Source of the DNA: Candidatus Thorarchaeota archaeon
Lineage (GTDB): Archaea; Asgardarchaeota; Thorarchaeia; Thorarchaeales; Thorarchaeaceae
Assembly: GCA_020348985.1 (NCBI GenBank)
Contig: CP070761.1
Span: 2,531,445-2,595,444, forward strand
Length of the DNA: 64,000 bases
Direction of reading: 5' to 3'
The notes beneath the pieces were generated by a model. The model ran no database searches, was not told where the DNA came from, and saw only the letters and a list, made by a program, of their open reading frames with translations. The position numbers and the translations under genes are program-made. Below are positions 57,399 through 64,000 of this stretch, piece after piece. Numbering within the stretch: position 1 is the stretch's first letter; the number at the start of each line of letters is the position of its first letter.

Positions 57399-58376
57399 TT
57401 AGTCCAATGGAGGTTTGTGCTTCATCTTATATTCGTCAGTAGCTTGTGTCCAATCAACAAACTCCACTGTTGGTGGACTTGAGGCGTATAGATCTGCCCT
57501 CTGTGACTCCAATGGACGGGGTAGCATCCCTGCCATTTCAGCCATGCACATGAGCTCATTCCCATGTTCTTGTGCAAGGGATTCTATCGGGCTTAGCCAC
57601 TCTCTCCAATTTGGTGATCGAAGAAGATGATGGTCCACAATTAGTCGAGGGACTCTCTCTCCCAGCTTTCGAAGTGCCGAGATTGCAGTGTGAGCATGTT
57701 CACTGCTGAACGAGGCCAAGTAGATCGGAGGTCCACCGATAATCGTCAAATCCGAATTGCTAGAAAGGATGTATCGAAGAGTCTCGTCCACTACTGGCCC
57801 TTGGACATCCGGAGCAAAAAGGACCCGGTTGTCGGCGTGTTGTATTGTGCAACCAATAATAAACCCAAGTGGCGTGTCAGCTGGACCGTGAGGGAGCACA
57901 GAAGAAAATGTGATTCTCGTATCACCAAATTCAAACGTGGAACCATCAGCCCAATGCAACTCATTGACAATCTTGCGGACATCACGCTCGAAGTAATATC
58001 CGCGTCTTCTTTGGGATGGATTGATGTTGTCTCTATTGTCCTTGGCCAGCACAGTCTTATTCTCGAATAGCTCCTGGAACTCTTCCTTCGAACTGAAGTT
58101 GTACCTGTAGTTGGTGAATCCCGGTCTGACGTGGTCAAAGTGGTAATGACTAACAGTGACTATGTCTGCTCGATTTGCAGCATCATGAATCCGCTTCAAA
58201 GATGATTGGAGGGCGCTGTACTCTTCTGGATGAGGCTCCTTGCCTTGCCTAAAGGCAAGAGCAGCAGATGGGTCAAGCAGAATGCTCACACTAGGCGTCT
58301 GAATCATTGTGCACATGGAACGAACACCCATGCTTTCTCCAGCAATGGGGATTATCTCAATTTCATCAATGTTCAA
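57399..58376 (-). CDS. UPF0282-type MBL-fold hydrolase
   Basis: ESMGVRSM, SHYHFDH, SQRRR, PHG, DVQGP, GGPP, DHHLLR. Confidence 0.85.
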   Translation of the reverse strand: MNIDEIEIIPIAGESMGVRSMCTMIQTPSVSILLDPSAALAFRQGKEPHPEEYSALQSSLKRIHDAANRADIVTVSHYHFDHVRPGFTNYRYNFSSKEEFQELFENKTVLAKDNRDNINPSQRRRGYYFERDVRKIVNELHWADGSTFEFGDTRITFSSVLPHGPADTPLGFIIGCTIQHADNRVLFAPDVQGPVVDETLRYILSSNSDLTIIGGPPIYLASFSSEHAHTAISALRKLGERVPRLIVDHHLLRSPNWREWLSPIESLAQEHGNELMCMAEMAGMLPRPLESQRADLYASSPPTVEFVDWTQATDEYKMKHKPPLD

Positions 58377-58867
58377 GGCTTTGCCTCTCGATAGTATACT
58401 AGATGATAACCAGTTGATGTCCGTAGGAGTTCAGCTTCAAACATTGCAAAGTCGTCATCCATCTGTAGACAGGAATTGAACATGTACCAATCTGATGGTA
58501 GGAAAGACTCCTGCTTCTTGTGAACTTCTTGTGCTTTAAAGAGAGCCAATTCTCCCTCCCGATGGTTCTTGGAAAATGCCCCTATTTCGGCCATGCCTAG
58601 ATGAATCAGGAAATGAGCCAGAAGAGAGCCATTTTCGTCTACGAGACGTTCAGACACGAGTCCTTTGAAAGCATAATTCTCCACAGACGACGTAGAGGTC
58701 TCTTCAATGATTTCTCTCCTAGCGGCCTCAAGAATGTGCTCTCCAGGTTCCAACTTACCACCCACCATGCTCCAAAGATTCTCGTAAGGAGGTCGATTTC
58801 GCTTCAGGAAGAGAAAACGCCCTTTGTACCTCAAAACACTGATCGCAATGGGGACTATCTTGGTCAC
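58373..58867 (-). CDS. NUDIX hydrolase
   Basis: GGKLEPGEHILEAARREIIEET Nudix box. Confidence 0.9.
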   Translation of the reverse strand: MTKIVPIAISVLRYKGRFLFLKRNRPPYENLWSMVGGKLEPGEHILEAARREIIEETSTSSVENYAFKGLVSERLVDENGSLLAHFLIHLGMAEIGAFSKNHREGELALFKAQEVHKKQESFLPSDWYMFNSCLQMDDDFAMFEAELLRTSTGYHLVYYREAKP

Positions 58868-58992
58868 TTATCAGACCTCCAAGAACGTTGCATTATCATC
58901 CCAGATGTCCATTAGCCACTCATGCTTTAAACATAGAGTAAGCGAGCGAAGATTCAAAGCCTGGCCGACATTGAGATGATGTGTGATTCGGG

Positions 58993-60441
58993 TTGGGTAG
59001 TCTTCCTGGAAAACTTCGGAGTAGAGTACTTTCTGTCATATGCCCTACACCAGAGGAGATTAGAGACCAGCGAGCCGCGATTGATACATTGAGGCAAGCA
59101 CTTGAGCTGAGGGCAGACAATATTGGCCAGTCATACTCATTCATCGAAGCCCAAGGTTCCACGGGGAAGAAACAGACGCAATTGGCGGGTATATCAGATA
59201 TCGATCTCTTTGTTGGACTTCGCGTGCAGGACTTTCAAGACATATTCATGAAAGACCCTAAGGAGAGACACAAACATGTAGGAAAGGTCCTCGATAGCCT
59301 GGTGGATGATTGGTTTATTCCGGCCGTACAGACATTGGAGGCCACGAATGTGCAGAAGACCTACTCACAGCATCCATACTTGTCTCTCACTCTAATGGGT
59401 CTTGACGTGGACATACTCTCTTGTTTTGATATTTCTGCAGAAGCTATCGCTAATGACGGCCCGATCACTGCTGTTGATAGGACTGTTCATCACTCCAATT
59501 TCGTTGCAGAGAATCTCACGCCTGAGAAGAGGGAAGATGTGAGGCTCCTCAAATCATTCGTTCGTGCTTGTCACGCCTATGGCGACGATTGCGCAATCGG
59601 GAGGATGGGTTTCACGGGTTATTCACTTGAGCTGCTAGTCCTAGACTCTGATAGCTTCGCGGACGCGATACGAAGGATTGCACGGCTTAGAGTTGAACCT
59701 TTGGATCCAAAAGGTCGAAGCGTCGAGAAGCTTCGTAGTATTCCCTCCTTCCGTGATGACTACATACTGATAATTGATCCAACAGATCACGGAAGAAACG
59801 TAGCGTCAAGTTTCGATGAGCGAGCGGTACGATGGGTTCAACACAAGGCGAGACAGGTTGAGGAGTACTTAGAGAGAGGAATCCTAGAAGAGAATGCTGA
59901 GATTCTTATTGAAGAGGCGATATCTGAAGAGCCCCTCCCAGAGTCAGTCCGGAATCATGCTCTCTCGTTCGAGTTCCTGTCCGACGCGACAGTCCATTAT
60001 ACAGTCCAAAGGGACAAGCTTTACCGTCTGGCCAGGCGCATCTCTTCGCAACTGGAGCGGGAAGAAACTGGCGAAGTTAGATTCGGCAGGTCACTTGCGG
60101 AGGTCTACTTCGAAGGTACAAGATTTGCTTTAGGGATATTTGTTCAGAGGGCGTCAGTCTCAGAAGACTACGTCCGGCAGGGACCCCCGGTCGAGATGAA
60201 AGACGCTGCTGAGAGATTCATTCAAACGCATCCTGGGGCGTTTGAGGATGCAGGGCGATTGTGGGCTGAAGTGACCAGGAAGTGGACTGATGCGGGAATG
60301 CTGGCTAAGTACATAATCAGACATCATTCAATCAAGGGATTGACTCTAGTTTCAGAGAAAACAGCAGTATCAAGAAAAGCACTGAGAGCACTCTATGAGT
60401 ATGTCTTGCACGTAGAGAAGGACTTTACCACAGAAGAATGA
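58993..60441 (+). CDS. cca: Class I CCA-adding enzyme
   Basis: GSTGK..T.L...SDIDLFV, HPY, AVDRT..H, VRLLK, GFTGYSLELL, IDPTD..RNVAS. Confidence 0.85.
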   Translation: MGSLPGKLRSRVLSVICPTPEEIRDQRAAIDTLRQALELRADNIGQSYSFIEAQGSTGKKQTQLAGISDIDLFVGLRVQDFQDIFMKDPKERHKHVGKVLDSLVDDWFIPAVQTLEATNVQKTYSQHPYLSLTLMGLDVDILSCFDISAEAIANDGPITAVDRTVHHSNFVAENLTPEKREDVRLLKSFVRACHAYGDDCAIGRMGFTGYSLELLVLDSDSFADAIRRIARLRVEPLDPKGRSVEKLRSIPSFRDDYILIIDPTDHGRNVASSFDERAVRWVQHKARQVEEYLERGILEENAEILIEEAISEEPLPESVRNHALSFEFLSDATVHYTVQRDKLYRLARRISSQLEREETGEVRFGRSLAEVYFEGTRFALGIFVQRASVSEDYVRQGPPVEMKDAAERFIQTHPGAFEDAGRLWAEVTRKWTDAGMLAKYIIRHHSIKGLTLVSEKTAVSRKALRALYEYVLHVEKDFTTEE

Positions 60442-61559
60442 AAGAGTTTAAGGAACTAAGAAACAGTCTCGAAAGGGGAGGAAGCATGCCAAGTCGCTCG
60501 ATTGCATTCATTTCTCATCCAGAGCCCGGCCAGCATATTCAGCCATTTCCTAGACCACATCTTGAGTCATTTGAGAATCCCCTGAGAGCTCAAATGGCTG
60601 AGTTACATCTCAGGAACAGAGGGCTACTAGATGAGATGTCCGTCTTTGAGGCGGTAGAGGCGGACTCCAGTGATGTTCTCAGTGTGCATTCCGAGTATGT
60701 TCTGGACACAGCCATGCTTATGACAGATTTGGGATCCGGACAGCTGGGAGAAGCGGCCTATGCCAGCCCGGAACTATTGCGATCAGCTCTTCTTTCTACC
60801 GGAGGTGCAAAGCTGGCTGCAAATCTGGTCACTGAACCAGACTACATTCACTCGTTTTCTCTCATGAGACCTCCAGGTCATCATGCAACCTCATCAGCGT
60901 CTATGGGCCTCTGCTACTTCAACAACATCGCCATCGCAGCGAGAAGTATTCAAACAGAGGTAGGCATAAAGCGAATCTCGATAGTCGACATCGATGATCA
61001 TTTTGGCAACGGGACCGCAGAAATCTTCTATTCAGACCCTAGTGTTCAGTACATAAGCATACACGAGTATGACTATGAGAGTCTGGGTCTTGGACATTAC
61101 TATGAAGTTGGACAGGGGAAGGCTAAGGGTACAAACATCAACATCCCACTTGTTGAAATGAGTCAAGACGAGTCGTATAACTCAGCATTTGAGAGAGTAG
61201 TTCTCCCTGCCATCAAGAGTTTCAAACCGGAAGTGATTGGTGTGTCTGCTGGATTTGACGCACACTATTCGGATCCAGTGGGAAACATGAACATAGACTC
61301 AAAGACGTTTTGGTGGATTGGCCGAGAAGTGAATAGTCTTGTTCAGGACTTGAAGCTGCAGGGTTCTTTCTGGGTACTCGAGGGAGGTTACAATCCGTTT
61401 TCACTAGGACCCTGTATAGAGGCAAGTCTACGGGGCTTGGCGGGAGAGGAGACGCCTGAACTTGAAGATCAGTGCGAGAGAGTCATAAATCAAGAGTTGA
61501 TAGACGCAAACAACGAGATAATTGATGCAGTTCTTGAGACTGTCGAAGTGTACTGGTAG
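60438..61559 (+). CDS. Histone deacetylase family (Zn-dependent) protein
   Basis: RPPGHHA, GLCYFNN, DIDDHFGNGT, SAGFDAH, EGGY. Confidence 0.92.
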   Translation: MKEFKELRNSLERGGSMPSRSIAFISHPEPGQHIQPFPRPHLESFENPLRAQMAELHLRNRGLLDEMSVFEAVEADSSDVLSVHSEYVLDTAMLMTDLGSGQLGEAAYASPELLRSALLSTGGAKLAANLVTEPDYIHSFSLMRPPGHHATSSASMGLCYFNNIAIAARSIQTEVGIKRISIVDIDDHFGNGTAEIFYSDPSVQYISIHEYDYESLGLGHYYEVGQGKAKGTNINIPLVEMSQDESYNSAFERVVLPAIKSFKPEVIGVSAGFDAHYSDPVGNMNIDSKTFWWIGREVNSLVQDLKLQGSFWVLEGGYNPFSLGPCIEASLRGLAGEETPELEDQCERVINQELIDANNEIIDAVLETVEVYW

Positions 61560-61662
61560 TCGATTAGTGGTGAGAAGAAGATTTGCATCTTTGGGTGCCA
61601 AGGCTAAGATTTTAAGCGGAGCATCCTAGGCGCGCAAGAGCAGCATAATAGGTGAGAATCCA

Positions 61663-61947
61663 ATGGCCAAGAAACGAAAGTCCGGAGGGCGCGCAAAAGG
61701 CAGCTCCGGAAAGAGCGGCGCGGTCCAATGCTCAAAATGTGGACGTGTCGTTCCTGCAGACAAGGCGAAGAAATACACAAAGAGAGTCTCATCGGTCGAT
61801 CCGCAACTAGCAAGAGAACTAAGGAAGCAAGGTAGCTTCATTCCAGCGCGTCGAGTAACAGAGTACTACTGCGTTAGCTGCGCAGTTCACTCTGGCAGAG
61901 TCCAGATAAGACAGGCCAGCGAGAGAAGAACGAGAGGCAGACGTTAG
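61663..61947 (+). CDS. rps26e: Ribosomal protein eS26
   Basis: KKRKSGGR, CSKCGRVVPADKA, YCVSCAVH. Confidence 0.95.
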   Translation: MAKKRKSGGRAKGSSGKSGAVQCSKCGRVVPADKAKKYTKRVSSVDPQLARELRKQGSFIPARRVTEYYCVSCAVHSGRVQIRQASERRTRGRR

Positions 61948-62021
61948 AACTCAAACTCACGATGTCCGACCTGCTGAATACCAACCTAATGCGGAAGACA
62001 CTTGCTTAGCTGGTAGGCCAA

Positions 62022-62615
62022 ATGCCAACTTCGATAGGCCTTATTCGCTTCATCCAACTACTTCCTTCTGTGCCTGTGAGCAGTGATTTCACCCTGAGAG
62101 ACCTCCCAGGTTCTGGAAAGAGAATAGACATCCTATGTCGAGATTTGGCGGCATGCTTCGATTGGGGACCAACGACTTGGCCAAAAGAGAATCTTGAATT
62201 TGTCGCGCTATTTGAAGACAAGCTAGCAATCACCATCCGATTCCCCTCAGAGAAGACTCCGTCCGGGGAAGTAGAATGGGCCACCGTAATAGCCGATGCA
62301 CTAAGAGGGGTGGAATATGATTTTGTGTCGGTTGAACCGACAAACCTCTTGAACGTCATTCTGAAGCTAAAGAACGAACCGCAAGGCAACCTGTGGATCC
62401 TAGATGAGTCTGGGAATCCACTAGATGATGTTCTTGGCCCTATTCTATCGTCGCAGAACAGTTTTATGCTGGGAGACCATCAGGGCTTTGATTCTCGGGA
62501 CCTTGAGACCTTCGAGAATCAGGAGATTGTTAGCGTCTCTTTGGGAGATCTGAGCTATCTGAGTAGCCACTGTGTGGCTGCAATAATCTCCAAGATGGAA
62601 AGGAGGGTTGCCTGA
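62022..62615 (+). CDS. trmY: tRNA pseudouridine-54 N1-methyltransferase (SPOUT)
   Basis: DFTLRDLPGSGKRIDILCR, FMLGDHQG, VSLG..SY.SSHC. Confidence 0.8.
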   Translation: MPTSIGLIRFIQLLPSVPVSSDFTLRDLPGSGKRIDILCRDLAACFDWGPTTWPKENLEFVALFEDKLAITIRFPSEKTPSGEVEWATVIADALRGVEYDFVSVEPTNLLNVILKLKNEPQGNLWILDESGNPLDDVLGPILSSQNSFMLGDHQGFDSRDLETFENQEIVSVSLGDLSYLSSHCVAAIISKMERRVA

Positions 62616-62963
62616 GTGCCTGAAGACAAGGAAATTGAAATCTCCAAAGCCATGACAAGATTGGTCAAGAAACTGACCAAGGAGATGCTTTGGATCTACA
62701 TTCTACGATTGCTTCAAGAGAGACCTCACTATGGCTACGAGATAAAGGAGCTTGTCACAAAGAGGTTCAGTTTCTCTCCGGCAACTGTTAGTGGCTATGC
62801 CATTATTTATCGACTAACGAAGGATGGATTGATTGAAGAGCAAAGAACTGGCGACTCTCCGAGAAAGTACTATGGCATCACAGAGAAGGGACTTTGTGCA
62901 ATGAGAGAAGCAAAGGATTTCCTAGGACGCACGTTGGAAACTGTTTTTGATATTACTGAGTAG
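62616..62963 (+). CDS. PadR family regulator
   Basis: PHYGYEI, Y..IYRL..DGLI, RKYYGITEKG. Confidence 0.9.
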   Translation: MPEDKEIEISKAMTRLVKKLTKEMLWIYILRLLQERPHYGYEIKELVTKRFSFSPATVSGYAIIYRLTKDGLIEEQRTGDSPRKYYGITEKGLCAMREAKDFLGRTLETVFDITE

Positions 62964-62975
62964 GTCCCAACTGCT

Positions 62976-63908
62976 TCAGCGAAATTCCACCTTTTCTAAG
63001 AGGTACTCACTTCTTCGCGCGACCTCTTCAAGATCAACGCTAATCTTGTGGCTTTCTCTCTCAATCAGTATACTCGCAGTACATGTCGCAAAGATTCCGC
63101 TGTCCAAATGGTTGTAACCATTCAGCATCTGAGAAGCAAAAGCTGCGAGGAACGCATCACCTGCTATGGTGCAGTCCCGCGCAACTGATTCGAAACTGGG
63201 AAAGATGACAAAATCAGATCCATCGAATAGAATGCTCCCCTTTTCCCCCATCGTCACTACAGCAGTATCGCAGCCATTCTCTACAAGCATCTCAACGGCC
63301 ACGAATAGGTCGCTCTGGCCGGTTAGAGCTTCTGCTTCCTTCTCATTTACTTGGATCTGATGGACCAAACCCACAATCTCTTCCAACAGGTCATTGCCAC
63401 CAACAAGCTCAATCTTACCACCATTGGTCGTTTTCTGGAGCAGCCCTCGCGGATCAAGAATTATCCTAGCATTAGTAGCTCCTGACAACCAGTCGATGAA
63501 TTCAACATCAATCTCCCTGTGACTTGGAGTCATAAGGACTATTCTGGATTTGAGAAGCTCGGCAGGAAAGTCCGAAATCCGAATTCGATTGGCGAGCCCA
63601 ATGACCTGTAATGATTCAGAATCACCATCACTGTAATCTACTTCAAATCCGCCGGTTGCCTTTGAAGGTAAAAGCACTGATTCTGCAAATGGGTAGTCAC
63701 TGAGATCCTGCAAGAACTCTGCGCGAAAGTCATCGCCAAGGCATCCTACAATAGCGGCTTGCTCAACTCCAAGATGAGCAGCGACTCTAAACACATTGGC
63801 TGCCGATCCAGAGAGGACTCTGTCTTTCGTATCAAGCAACGGTGACACGAATCTGTTATAATGAGGGTTGCCTACGACAACCAAGTCATACGTTATCGAC
63901 GCTGTCAC
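62976..63908 (-). CDS. PfkB/ribokinase family kinase
   Basis: GSAAN, LGDD, NEKE, VTMGEKGS, DCTIAGDAF. Confidence 0.85.
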   Translation of the reverse strand: MTASITYDLVVVGNPHYNRFVSPLLDTKDRVLSGSAANVFRVAAHLGVEQAAIVGCLGDDFRAEFLQDLSDYPFAESVLLPSKATGGFEVDYSDGDSESLQVIGLANRIRISDFPAELLKSRIVLMTPSHREIDVEFIDWLSGATNARIILDPRGLLQKTTNGGKIELVGGNDLLEEIVGLVHQIQVNEKEAEALTGQSDLFVAVEMLVENGCDTAVVTMGEKGSILFDGSDFVIFPSFESVARDCTIAGDAFLAAFASQMLNGYNHLDSGIFATCTASILIERESHKISVDLEEVARRSEYLLEKVEFR

Positions 63909-64000
63909 TCCTTGGCTCCCCTATGACCTTTCTGGCGTATAGCAAACGTTGGATGACCGTGATGTGTGATAGAAGCCCGACTATCACCACGCATAGCGTG
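63886..64000 (-). CDS. 3' end of a probable CDP-alcohol phosphatidyltransferase (partial, runs off the window)
   Basis: Frame reads ...VVIVGLLSHITVIQRLLYARKV...*, resembling the last TM of AIP-synthase/PgsA-like enzymes. Confidence 0.55.
   Translation of the reverse strand, partial: TLCVVIVGLLSHITVIQRLLYARKVIGEPRSDSVDNV

Noticed and set aside
1-64000. CRISPR array, transposase, integrase, prophage or rRNA
   Set aside because: No regularly spaced repeats, no mobile-element ORFs, no att-like duplication of the tRNA 3' end noticed, and no rRNA motifs

Overview
Gene-dense archaeal chromosome segment, most consistent with an Asgard archaeon (probably Thorarchaeia; inference). Support: eS26, class I CCA-adding enzyme, PoK/PPS CoA pathway, tetraether lipid synthase, a stand-alone EF-2 paralog, and many eukaryotic-signature-type genes (roadblock, MglA-, Arf- and Rab-like GTPases, longin-like, TPR, SNAP-PCI). 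No CRISPR array, transposase or prophage is visible. Features the ORF track misses: (1) selD is a selenoprotein (in-frame UGA in HG-U-SCK), and its terminal UGA stop sits inside a eukaryote-like SECIS K-turn; (2) tRNA-Gln(CUG) has a 29-nt D-loop intron; (3) four highly structured intergenic elements (about 7.0, 14.4, 23.6 and 45.5 kb) look like unannotated ncRNAs, two with correctly spaced TATA boxes; (4) a CdrS-like RHH gene and a partial CDP-alcohol phosphatidyltransferase. The best protein-system candidates are a co-oriented GTPase(Q->L)-wHTH / TPR / membrane gingipain-like protease / roadblock cluster, and a longin-protein / structured RNA / longin-Arf-acidic-tail locus. All family calls come from motif recognition by eye; no searches or folding programs were run.
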